Source: an uncultured Phycisphaerales bacterium
GTDB taxonomy: Bacteria > Planctomycetota > Phycisphaerae > Tepidisphaerales > Tepidisphaeraceae
Length of the DNA: 64,000 nucleotides
Direction of reading: 5' to 3'
NCBI GenBank assembly: GCA_963755915.1
Contig: CAVWLP010000002.1
Location: 864,001-928,000 of the forward strand
Shown here: positions 22,206-31,895 of the stretch, one piece after another
How the letters are laid out: each line of letters opens with the position of its first letter
Numbering within the stretch: position 1 is the first letter of the stretch
Position numbers and translations under genes: made by a program
The notes under the pieces: model-generated
The model's database searches: none
The model's input: only the letters and a program-made list of their open reading frames with translations
What the model was told of the DNA's origin: nothing

Positions 22206-23728
22206 CAATATTGTCCGGGACTTCCGCGTCTTAGAGCTGGGATTTTTCGGGTTTTCACTCGAAAGGCTGCGTTGCCTCGATGGGCAACGGCGTGGAAGGT
22301 TCAGCGCTGCTCCTGCAGCGCATGCCGCGGCGTTCACCGGCGGCCGGACAACAAAAACCCCCGGTGACTTACTTGACGATTTTTTCAGCCTTCTTCCGTG
22401 CCACACGCTGACGCTGCAGCTCGCATTCCCGTTCTCGGCGCTGCAGGATGGGAATAATCTCTTGCAACGTGGCCCCTCCCGCGGCGACCAGGCTCAGCAT
22501 CGCGTAGGCATATTTGCTCACCGGACGCTGCGTGTGCAGATAGATCAACAGCACCCCGATGACCGCGATGTAGAACCCGGTGGTGACGCCGTTTTTGCTG
22601 TGGCTGGTGAGATGGCGGAAGTGGGCGTGCACTTTCAGCCAGCGGAAAAACAGCTCGATCTTCTATCGCCAGCGGTAGAGCAGACCGATGACATGGGCGG
22701 GAATGTTAAGAAGATTGGTCAGCAGCCGCAGGGGCCTGTCGGGTTTGTCCGGGTCGAAGATCGTCACTTCCCGAAGCCATTTTCCCGCCGGAGGAGCAAA
22801 GCGTGGCCCTTCTGAGCCCAGGTATCCGATCCGGTCGCTGAGAATGCCGGCAGCGCGGTCTTCATCGCTCAGCGGCAGGGACTTGGGGGTCAAGTCATTG
22901 TTTTCGATGGGAATGAAATAGTTGTTTGACTTGAGCCGGAGCACAAAATCGCTGCAGGCATGTACGATCCGCTCCAGCAGCTCGAAACAGACGTAGCCGC
23001 GGTCCATGACGTAAATCTGTCCCGGCTCCAGGGACTGCATCAGCGCCTGCGCCTCGGAGCATCCCGCGCCGCTGATCGTCACTCCCTCGGGAACCCCCAC
23101 GCCCGCCGCCCATTGAAGATTCAGGCGAATCGTGTCCATGGGCTTTCCGTTGGGTCGACTTTGATGCAGCGCCCAGGCCACGTCGGCGGCAACGGTGAAC
23201 AGCGACCCATCCACCACCCGTACCCGCTCGGTCAACTCCGCCAGCTTCGGATCGCCGTGACGCAGGTGCGGCAGCCGCGCCCGCAACTCCTCGATGATCG
23301 GCTCCAGCAGCGTCGGATCGAACAGGGCGTTGGCATCGGAAAGCGTGGAACGCGGCAGGCGATCGACCGAAAGCTGCTCCTGCATCTGCTCGGTCTGGCT
23401 GAAATCCTCCATCGTCCGCAGGCTGCGAATCGCCGGCGTGAAAAACGCCAGCAGATAGGCAAGGGTCACATCGTCATAAAAAAGCGTGCGATTGGGGTGG
23501 GGATGCGCCGCCCGCAGGCGGGCCAGATGATCCTGCAAAATACCGACGTACTTGCCGCCGAACAAATCCTCCCCCCGCACCGCCGGCCGCGGCTTTCGTC
23601 CCGGCTTGGCGGGCAATCCAGAAGCTGGGCAAAGGTCCGCGTGCACGTGGCGGCAGTGAACCACAAAACGCTGCTTCGCGCAAGCGCAAGATTGTGTCAT
23701 TGGTGAGCCCGCGTTCCGGACACTATTG
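22206..23728. mobile_element. IS4-family insertion sequence (about 1.52 kb)
   Basis: Imperfect terminal IRs CAATATTGTCCGGGAC (22206) and reverse complement CAATAGTGTCCGGAAC (ending 23728) enclosing a DDE transposase; no target duplication seen. Confidence 0.82.
22369..23700 (-). pseudogene. IS4-family DDE transposase with internal amber stop
   Basis: VVDGS, YVMDRGY, LLTNL, LYRWR*KIELFFRWLK (YREK motif with TAG at 22663-22665); the frame continues to 22369. Confidence 0.8.
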
Positions 23729-23892
23729 GGGGATTGTTAGTGAATGCTAGTTAGTTGGTTGTGATGTAAGGCTTTGATGGGGTGGGGGTTGGGAGGGATT
23801 TGGGATTTGAGATTTCAGATTTGGGTTGAATGGGTGTCCGATTTTTAGGAATGGTGCGGCTGAGTGGTTATAACTTGCTTGGAATCAATGGC

Positions 23893-24090
23893 TTATGATT
23901 CGAGTAGTTTTTCGATTGTTCGGACAACGATGGTGCGGTTTTTGAGTTGGCATTGCCAGAGGGTCAGGACGCGCCAGCTTTGGCGGCGGAGCTGACGGAG
24001 GGCGGCGCGGTCACGGGCGCGATTTCGGGGGCGCTTTTGTTGCCAGTAGTGGGCCTTGTTGGGCAACGGAATTCGCCATTTGGGGAGGAC
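23893..24090 (-). pseudogene. vsr: Vsr (very short patch repair endonuclease) C-terminal remnant
   Basis: RIP..N..YWQQKRPRNRARDRAALRQLRRQSWRVLTLWQCQLK matches the Vsr C-terminus; the N-terminal catalytic half is not recognisable. Confidence 0.65.
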
Positions 24091-24206
24091 GTCGGCAGCT
24101 ATAAGCGACGAAGGAACGTGTGAGTGAATTGGACTCCCATTGCAGTATGCTTGTTCTTGGGCATCCTCTGGCTCATTGCCATCGCGCGATGGCATAGTTG
24201 CTCATC

Positions 24207-24503
24207 ATGAAGCGCATTTTCCAGCTCGAGTATCGAAGTGAACGCCCGCGATCGCCGTCGGTCGCGCTTCCACTCGTGCTATTGATTCTCGTCGGTGGGA
24301 TAATATGGGGATTGCATGAATTGGCGATCGCGCCGTACAGGCCGCCTTATGACATGAGCACATTACAGGGTGGGGGGGAGGAGGCCTTTGTCGATTTTTT
24401 AATTGTTGTGTTGGTCGTTGCATGGGTGGGCATTTTGATGTGGTGCATTGCGAGATTGCGGCGCGTGGTGAAAGCATCTGATCCGTGGGAGCCGTCCAGG
24501 TAA
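24207..24503 (+). CDS. Small two-TM hypothetical protein
   Basis: LEYRS N-terminus and two hydrophobic segments. Confidence 0.5.
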   Translation: MKRIFQLEYRSERPRSPSVALPLVLLILVGGIIWGLHELAIAPYRPPYDMSTLQGGGEEAFVDFLIVVLVVAWVGILMWCIARLRRVVKASDPWEPSR

Positions 24504-25058
24504 AAAAGCGCTTCGAGTGGGGTCGCGACTAGATGAGGGACTAGAATTTGTGGACATCGAAAGACGCGCCCCGCAAGCGGGGCCGGCTACACGGGGAGAA
24601 GAATCTCATTCGCGCTGCGGGGTCGGCGGGGTGCGGGGGGAGATTTTTATCGGTTGTGGTTTGGGTGACGAGGTGGACGCGGTTACTCGAATGGAACGCG
24701 CGGTTCCGCTGCGATGGCACATGGCTGCGCCGGCGACGTTCGGGACGACGTTGGGGTGGGAGGACAGGAAAGGGGAAGGTTCGCGCGGAGGCGCTGAGGC
24801 GCGGAGAAAGGGTTTTTGGGGGATTCTCTGCGGCTCTGCGCGAAGCTGGGTTTTTAGGTTTTCTTTTTTGCGTTGCATTTGGGGCAACGGGTAGGCTTGG
24901 GGAATCGGGATTTCAGATTTGAGAATTTGAGATTGGATTGGGGGGAAGGCCCCAAGATGGCAATCGTGGGGCTTTTGCGGGGGGGGAAGTTCCGCGGGTG
25001 CAAGCACCCCGCGGCTTTGGTAACGGCGCGGTTGGGGGTGGGGATTTTTTGGGGGGGG

Positions 25059-25736
25059 TTAGTGGGGTTTGGTGAGGAGGATTTTTAGTCCAATGGGCCC
25101 CGGGGTAATCTGCGCTTCGTGGAAGGGGCTGCGGCGGGCGAAATCTTCGAACTGGGCTTGGGTGTAGGCGCGCTTGATGAGGGTGTGGCGGAAAATCAAT
25201 GTGGTTAGAAAGGCGTCGAGCCTGGAGCGGCCGCTCTGGTGGACGTAGGTTTTGATTTCGTCGAGGGAGACGTCTTTGCGGAGGTCGACGATGGTGGCGG
25301 TAGTGCCGGGGCGGAGGACGCGGTGGATTTCGCGCAGGGCCTGGAGGGGGTCGGAGAAATTTTTGAAGGCGGCGGAGCAGTAGGCGGCGTCGAAGGAGTT
25401 TGGGGGGAAGGGCATGCCGTGAACGTCGCCGAGACGGAAGTCGATGTGGACGTTGGCATCCTGGGCGTTCTGGCGGGAGATATCGAGAAGCGTTTTGCTG
25501 AGGTCGAGGGCGGTGATTTTAAAATCTCCGAGCTTGGCGAGCTCGATGGAGAAGAAGCCTGGGCCGGGGGCGATTTCGAGGACTTCGGCGGCGGGAGAAA
25601 GCGTTTGGGAGAAATCTTTGGCCTGGGTGATAAAGTCGGACATGTCACTCTTGCGGGTTTTGGCGTACCAGCGGGCGAGGAAGCCTTCCATGGTGCTGGA
25701 GCGGTGTGGGGGGTTGGGGGCGTAGGTCATCGTCAT
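25059..25736 (-). CDS. Class I SAM-dependent methyltransferase
   Basis: VLEIAPGPG motif I, ALDLS, GDVHGMPFPPNSFD, EIHRVLRPG. Confidence 0.88.
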   Translation of the reverse strand: MTMTYAPNPPHRSSTMEGFLARWYAKTRKSDMSDFITQAKDFSQTLSPAAEVLEIAPGPGFFSIELAKLGDFKITALDLSKTLLDISRQNAQDANVHIDFRLGDVHGMPFPPNSFDAAYCSAAFKNFSDPLQALREIHRVLRPGTTATIVDLRKDVSLDEIKTYVHQSGRSRLDAFLTTLIFRHTLIKRAYTQAQFEDFARRSPFHEAQITPGPIGLKILLTKPH

Positions 25737-25824
25737 GGGAGAGTCCTTTGAAGATTTCTGAGCGGCGCAGTATTATCTTATTCGTGAAGTATCTTAATAA
25801 TGCAGGTAATTAAAGTCAAGGAAA

Positions 25825-26325
25825 ATGGGCAAAAAATCGAAGCGGGCGGAGCTGCTCGGTAAATTATGGGACCTGGGGAGAGCCATGAGCACGCAGACGG
25901 TGTTTCTGCATGAGGCGATTGCGCGCACGGCGGGACTGAGCGCGACGGATACCAAGTGCATTGACCTGATCCTGCGGGCTCCGGAGGGGGGCGTGACGGC
26001 GGGGTATCTTTCGGAGAAGTCGGGACTGACGACGGGGGCGATTACCCATATCCTGGACCGGCTGGAAAGAGGCGGGTTCGTGGAGCGGCTGAGGGATACG
26101 CAGGACCGGAGGAAAGTGTTTGTGAAGGTCAGGGAGGAGAGGCTGAAAGATCTGGGGCCGAAGTATGAGGCGATCGGGAAGGCGTTTATGAAGCTGGTGG
26201 AGAGATATACTGATGAGGAGCTGGGGGTGATTTGTGATTATATGGAGAGGGCGACGGGGGTTTCGGAGGGGGAGTTGCGGAAAATCCGAATGACGAAACC
26301 AGAATTCCGAATCAAATCCGAATGA
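25825..26325 (+). CDS. MarR family transcriptional regulator
   Basis: GLSATDTKCID, TAGYLSEKSGLTTGAITHILDRLERGGFVER..DTQDRRKV; divergent from the methyltransferase. Confidence 0.9.
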   Translation: MGKKSKRAELLGKLWDLGRAMSTQTVFLHEAIARTAGLSATDTKCIDLILRAPEGGVTAGYLSEKSGLTTGAITHILDRLERGGFVERLRDTQDRRKVFVKVREERLKDLGPKYEAIGKAFMKLVERYTDEELGVICDYMERATGVSEGELRKIRMTKPEFRIKSE

Positions 26326-26410
26326 CCGAATGACGAATGGGGGCCTATGCTTCATTCGTCATTTGGGCATTCGGGTTTGATTCGTCATTCTGGTTTCGGG
26401 TTTCGGGATT
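26283..26410. repeat. Heptamer-based long inverted repeat overlapping the marR stop codon
   Basis: gaatgacgaaaccagaattccgaatcaaatccgaatgaccgaatgacgaatg ... cattcgtcatttgggcattcgggtttgattcgtcattctggtttcg. Confidence 0.75.
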
Positions 26411-26487
26411 GGAAGAAGCGCTTCCCTTCGGGTCGCGGCTAAACAATATTCGGGGTAGGATCATTGGGTTCAATCGAGGATGCAGGG

Positions 26488-28262
26488 ATGTATCTGAAAA
26501 GACGGTGGGACATTGAAGAAGGGCGCGAGGGGGCGGAAGAGCTGGCGCGGGGGCTGAGAGTTTCGCCGATTATTGGGAGAATGCTTTTGAACCGGGGGAT
26601 AACGTCGGTGGAGGCGGCGCAGGGGTTTTTGAAGCCTTCGCTGCTGGGGCTGGAGGAGCCGGGGAAATTGCCGGGGCTTAATTGCGCGGCGGAGCGGATT
26701 GCGCGGGCGGTGAGGGATGGGGAGAAGATTGTTATCTACGGGGATTATGATGTGGATGGGATTACGGCCACCAGCATTTTGTGGCATGCGATCGTGCTGC
26801 TGGGGGGGAAAGTTTCCACGTATATTCCGCACCGGATCGATGAGGGGTATGGGCTGAACTCGGAGGCGATTGGGCAGATTTGTGCGGATGGGGCGAAGGT
26901 GATTGTGACGGTGGATTGCGGGATCACGGCGGTGGAGCCGGCGCGGGTGGCGAGGGAGCGCGGGGTGGATTTGATTATTACGGATCATCATGATTTTCAT
27001 GGGGATCCGCCGGTGTTGCCGGAGTGCTTTGGGATTGTGCATCCGAGGCTTTTGGGGGAGTGGGAGGCGTATCCGAATCCATATTTGTGCGGGGCGGGGG
27101 TGGCGCTGAAGTTGGCTTGGGGGATCGGGCAGAAGGCGGGAGGGGCGGCGAGAGTGAGTGAATCGTTTCGAGGGTTTCTCGTCGAGGCGACGGCATTGGC
27201 GGCGCTGGGGACGATTGCGGATGTGGTGCCGCTGGTGGGGGAGAATCGGCTGCTGGCGCATTTTGGGCTTAGCGGGTTGCGGCAGAGCAAGCTTTCGGGG
27301 ATTCGGGCGCTGATTGAATCGGCGTCGCTGGGGGGAAAAATCTGGATACGTATGATGTAGGGTTTTTGCTGGCGCCGCGGCTGAATGCGTGCGGGAGGCT
27401 GGGGCATGCGGCGCTGGCGGTGGAGATGATGACGACGGCGAGTGAAGCGCGAGCGAAGGAGATTGCGGTCTACCTGGAGGGGCAGAATCGGGAGAGGCAG
27501 GCCGTTGAGAAAAAGATTCTCGAGCAGGCGCTGGGGCAGATTGAGAGCAATGGGTGGGGGAAGGATGACCGGGCGCTGGTGCTGGCGGCGGAGGGGTGGC
27601 ATGCGGGAGTGATCGGGATTGTGGCGTCGCGGATCGTGGAACGGTTTTGCCGGCCTACGGTGATGGTGGCGCTGAACAATGGCGTGGGGCAGGGGAGCGG
27701 GAGGTCGATCTCCGGGTTTCATCTGGCGAAAGCACTCGAGGCTTGCGGGGGGCATTTGCTGGCGTGTGGGGGGCATGAGATGGCGGCGGGGTTGAAGATG
27801 GAGACGGCGAAACTGGAGGAATTTCGGGCGGCGTTTTGTGAGGTGGCGCGGGGGGTGGTGAGCGAGGAGATGCTGCTGCCGAGGCTGAGGATCGAGTGTG
27901 GGGCGGAGTTGACGGAGATCACGGAGGGGCTGGTGAATGATATGAAGAGACTGGGGCCGTTTGGGCATGGAAATCGGAGGCCGGTGATTTGTGTGGAGGG
28001 GATTACAGTGGCGGCGGAGCCTCGAAGAGTCGGGAAGACGGGGGAGCATTTGCAGATTCAGGTGAAGGGGGAGAAGGGGGTGATGAAGTGTATTGCGTTT
28101 GGGGCAGCAGCGATTGTGGATCGGCTCAAAGCGGGGACGGAGGTGAGGCTGGCGGCGGAGCCGGAGATCAATGAGTTTAATGGGAGGAGGAGTGTGGAGT
28201 TGAATGTGAGGGATGTGGAGATTGTTGGGAATGCCGAATGCCGAATGCCAAATGCCGAATGA
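26488..28262 (+). CDS. recJ: ssDNA exonuclease RecJ (frameshift near 27340)
   Basis: YGDYDVDG, EGYGL, TVDCG, TDHH, LGTIADVVPL, APRLNACGRL, GSGRS, GGHEMAAG. Confidence 0.93.
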
Positions 28263-28315
28263 AAGACGAAATGCCGGCGTTTTATATTTCATTCGGCATT
28301 TGGCATTCGGCATTT
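28230..28315. repeat. (AATGCCG)n heptamer palindrome overlapping the recJ stop codon
   Basis: aatgccgaatgccaaatgccgaatgaaa ... tttcattcggcatttggcattcggcatt; about 28-bp perfect IR with a short spacer. Confidence 0.85.
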
Positions 28316-28340
28316 GTTGTTGGACAATGCGTGGACGATC

Positions 28341-29429
28341 ATGGAGGCTGAATTGAAGAAGAATATCTGGGCGGGTTTGGCAGTGGTGCTGGTGTTGGGC
28401 GCGGTTTCGTTTGTGTGCGCGGACGATGTCATCAGTCCGTTTGTGGATTCGCAGACGAATGGGGTGATTTATGTGGATTTCTCGGCGATCGACATGGATC
28501 AACTGGATGCGTGGCACGAGAAGATGGTGACGACGATTCCGGATGATGGGCAGCGGGCGCAGCAGGTGAAGGATATGAAGGAGTCGCTGGGGAAGATGAG
28601 GAAATGGGCGGGGGATTTTAAGGCGGCGGGCGGGAAGGATTTGTATGTGGTGATCTCGCTGTCGGGGATCATGTCGGGGTCGCCGGGGGGTGTGGTGGTG
28701 CCGCTGAATGGATCGGATGGGACGGCGCTGGCGAAGGTTTTTCCGCAGCCGCCTGCGGCGCCGGCGGGGATGCCAGCGGATGGGGCGGCGCAATGGGCGC
28801 GGATGCAGCCGGCGACGGCGGTGGTGGGGAATGTGATGGTGTTTTCGACGGGGGCGGGTGTGGACCGGATGAAGACGGCGTCGACGGAGCCGCGGCCGGA
28901 TTTGACCGATGCGCTGGCGGCGGGGAACGGGGGGGCGATGAGGATCGCGGTCAGTCCGTCGACGCTGAAGAACAATCCGTTTTTTGCGATGATGATGGCG
29001 CAGATGAATCGGGCGGCGAGTGCGCAGGGGTTGCCACCGGCGTCGCCGCTGAGTGATCCGGTGTGGGATGGGGTGACGTGGGTTTCGCTGTCGGTGTCGG
29101 CACCACCGAAGGAGTCGGGGAGTTTGACGATTCAGTGCAAGGATGCGGACTCGGCGGGGGCGATGTCGAGCTGGATTTCGCAGCAGGTGGCGGAGGGAAA
29201 GGCGCAGAACGCGCCCAGCCAGATGGGGGTTTCGGCTGATGATTATGATCGGCTGGCGGCGGTGATGAAGCCGGCCGTGCGGGGGACGCAGGTGGTCATA
29301 TCGGTGGATCAGGATGCGATAGATAACGTGATTGGGCCAATATTTATAAAAAGCATGGCAAGTACGATGCAGCCGGGGGTGGCGAATACCAATACGCCGG
29401 CGACAGAGCCAGTGGGAGGGGGATTGTGA
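28341..29429 (+). CDS. Secreted hypothetical protein
   Basis: Signal peptide; long ORF with coding-like composition; no family recognised. Confidence 0.7.
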   Translation: MEAELKKNIWAGLAVVLVLGAVSFVCADDVISPFVDSQTNGVIYVDFSAIDMDQLDAWHEKMVTTIPDDGQRAQQVKDMKESLGKMRKWAGDFKAAGGKDLYVVISLSGIMSGSPGGVVVPLNGSDGTALAKVFPQPPAAPAGMPADGAAQWARMQPATAVVGNVMVFSTGAGVDRMKTASTEPRPDLTDALAAGNGGAMRIAVSPSTLKNNPFFAMMMAQMNRAASAQGLPPASPLSDPVWDGVTWVSLSVSAPPKESGSLTIQCKDADSAGAMSSWISQQVAEGKAQNAPSQMGVSADDYDRLAAVMKPAVRGTQVVISVDQDAIDNVIGPIFIKSMASTMQPGVANTNTPATEPVGGGL

Positions 29430-29570
29430 AGATTGCGGTTCGACTGAGCTCACCGAAGTCCGATTGCCAATTGCCGAATGAAGAGAAATCGAATTGCCTA
29501 TTGCCTATTGCCGATTTCGGTCAAACAATAGGAAATCGGGATTAGGTAATTTCATTGGAAGGAGACTCTC

Positions 29571-30626
29571 ATGTCGCTGAAATCATTGATCGCTACCGGG
29601 ACGAAACTTTGGCTGGATTCGATTGAGCCTGCGCTGGTGAAGAAGAATTTTGCGCTGGGGGCTTCCGGCGCGACATCCAATCCGATCATCATTTCGGACA
29701 TCCTTAAAGGGGGGTCGCAGGATGAGGCGATGATGGAGGTCATCGAACAGGGGGGCGATGACCAGGCGGTGGCGTGGGCGATGACGGACAAGCTGGTGTC
29801 GGAGGCGCAGGGGGTTTGCGCCGGTGTGGGAGAAGAGCAAGGGAAATAATGGGTATGTGAGCTTTGAGCTGGATCCGCTGCTGGAAGATACGGTGCTGGG
29901 GCCCAAAGTGATTGCGGATCGATCCAGGAAATATATCGAGCTGGGGAAGAAGTGGGCGGCGGGGCAGAAGAACCGGATGATCAAGGTGCCGGCGACGGAA
30001 GGCGGGCTGGGCGCGCTGGAAGAGCTGGCGGCGGCGGGAGTGACGCTGAACGTGACGCTGATTTTTTCCGAGCGGCAATATGAGATTGCGCGGGAGAATG
30101 TTTGGCGCGGGCGCAGCGGAGGAAGAACGGCACATCGGCGTTTAAGAGTGTTTACAGCATTTTCGTGAGCCGGGTGGATGTGTATACGGAGAAGAATGTG
30201 CCGACGCTTTCGCCAGCGGCGCAGGGGCTGGTGGGGATCGTGAATGCAAAGAGGTTGTGGCAGCTTAATCAATCGTTCTGGAAGGATAAGAATCTGCCGC
30301 TGCAGCAGGAGATTATTTTCGCGAGCACGGGGACGAAGAAGGCAAGCGATCCGGCAGATAAGTATGTGGAAGCGCTGGCGGGGAGCGATATTCAGACGAA
30401 CCCGCCGGCGACGAACGACGCGGTGGAGAAGCTGAACAAGACGTATAAGCGGCTGGTCGATCAGATGCCGGCCAAGGCGATCCTGGATGAGATCGACGCG
30501 AAGGTGGACAAGCGGAAGATGGAAGACAAGCTGATGGAAGAGGGGACGGCAAAGTTTGCCGATCCGTTCAAGGCGCTGCTGAAGCAGATCGCGCAGAAGC
30601 GATCGGAACTCGCGGCGGCGAAGTAA
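29571..30626 (+). CDS. tal: Transaldolase family protein (frameshifts near 29815 and 30105)
   Basis: [32 protein letters not shown] (Schiff-base Lys), [22 protein letters not shown]. Confidence 0.85.
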
Positions 30627-31381
30627 TGCAATCAAAAATCGGCGTGGTGGCTTCGGCGCTTAATGAGGATTTTCGCGCCGCGGTGAAGGATGCGCGCGTG
30701 TGCGGGTTTGGGGGCGTGCAGCTTGAGGCGCGGCAGGGGGAACTCGATCTATTATCGCTGTCGCAGAGCGGCAAACGCGAAGTGCGGGGGATTTTACGCG
30801 CGGGGGATATCGAGCTGGTGGGATTACGGGTGGATCTGGGGAGCAAGGGGATGACGGATGTGGATGCGGGGTTGGATTGGATTGAGAAGATGCTCGTGGC
30901 GGCGGAGGGATTGGAGTGCGGGTTGGTGTGCGTGGAGATTGGGCCGATGCCGGGGAATGAGGAGGCGTGGGTGGAGTTGGGGAGGCGGGCGGATCGGCAT
31001 GGAGTGATGGTGGCGCTGCGGAGTGAGTTGGCGGGGTTTGAGATTCTGGAGGGAGTTATCAAAAAGGGCGGGTGTCCGTGGATGGGGATTGATTTTGATC
31101 CCGTTGGAATGTTGAAGGACAACTGGAGCGAGGGGGAGATTTTTTCGCGGGTGGGGGGAATGATCCGGCATGTGAGGGGGAGGGATGCGATTCTGGGGAC
31201 GGAAAAGCGGACGAAGGCAGCGGTGATGGGGCGGGGGTCGATTCAGTGGGAGAGTTTGCTGCGGGATTTGGATCAGGCAGGGTATGGGGGCTGGGTGACG
31301 GTTGATCCTGTCGAGCTGGCGAATCGGCGAGCGGCGGCGATTGCGGGCCTAGACCAAATTCGAAATTCGAAATTCGAATGA
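30626..31381 (+). CDS. Sugar phosphate isomerase/epimerase (xylose-isomerase-like TIM barrel)
   Basis: GFGGVQL, IDFDP, IRHVRGRD, GRGSIQW..LL..L...GYGGWVTV; coupled to tal. Confidence 0.75.
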   Translation: MQSKIGVVASALNEDFRAAVKDARVCGFGGVQLEARQGELDLLSLSQSGKREVRGILRAGDIELVGLRVDLGSKGMTDVDAGLDWIEKMLVAAEGLECGLVCVEIGPMPGNEEAWVELGRRADRHGVMVALRSELAGFEILEGVIKKGGCPWMGIDFDPVGMLKDNWSEGEIFSRVGGMIRHVRGRDAILGTEKRTKAAVMGRGSIQWESLLRDLDQAGYGGWVTVDPVELANRRAAAIAGLDQIRNSKFE

Positions 31382-31424
31382 CGAATCAAATTCGAAAATC
31401 GAAATTCGAAGTGGGAGTTGTGCG

Positions 31425-31871
31425 CTAGGGGGAACTGTGGGGCGGGGGATTTTTCAGGAGGGAGATCAGGGCGGGGTTGTGGGATTTGAGAGCGATTGAG
31501 AGGGCGGTTTTGTTGGCGAGGCTGGGGGCGTTGGGGTCGGCGCCCCATTGGAGGAGGTAACGGGCGGCGGGAAGGTTTTCGCCGCAGGCGGCGCCGCGCA
31601 GGGCGGAATTGAGATGAGAGCGGACATCGGCGATCTGCTCGGGGGTGTTCTGGTGGGAAAACCAGGTTTGCAGCAGGACGGGGATGTTTCCCCTCATCGC
31701 GGCCAATTCGAGCTGGCCGTCGAGCGGGGGGAGGTGGGAGACGTTGCGGGTGGCGGCGTTGCCGAAAAGAAAGAAGATACTGCAGATGGCGAGCAGGCCG
31801 ATCCAGAGGCGGATGGGGCGGTCTTTTTCGATGTTGGGCGATTTAAATTTTGTTTGTAGTAAAAACAACAT
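31425..31871 (-). CDS. Membrane-anchored ankyrin-repeat protein
   Basis: DRPIRLWIGLL TM; ALRGAA...YLLQWGADPN...GKTAL-like (NKTALSIA) repeats. Confidence 0.7.
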   Translation of the reverse strand: MLFLLQTKFKSPNIEKDRPIRLWIGLLAICSIFFLFGNAATRNVSHLPPLDGQLELAAMRGNIPVLLQTWFSHQNTPEQIADVRSHLNSALRGAACGENLPAARYLLQWGADPNAPSLANKTALSIALKSHNPALISLLKNPPPHSSP

Positions 31872-31895
31872 GAGGGATACATCCTTTGGGTTGGG

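Noticed and set aside
22663-22665. Amber recoding (pyrrolysine or alternative code) in the transposase
   Set aside because: A single case at a Trp codon (TGG>TAG); TAG serves as a normal stop elsewhere (e.g. rsmG), and no pyl genes are seen.
24517-25088. Short ORFs in the G/T-rich stretch
   Set aside because: No recognisable motifs; they overlap repeats and low-complexity sequence.
26997-29453. Long antisense ORFs (818 aa here; also 7471-9195, 12066-13859, 51231-53210)
   Set aside because: Shadow frames of recognisable genes on the opposite strand in high-GC DNA; low-complexity Arg/Pro/His translations.
26283-31411. Repeat arrays as CRISPR
   Set aside because: Units are 7-bp tandem or inverted repeats without unique spacers, and there are no cas genes in the window.
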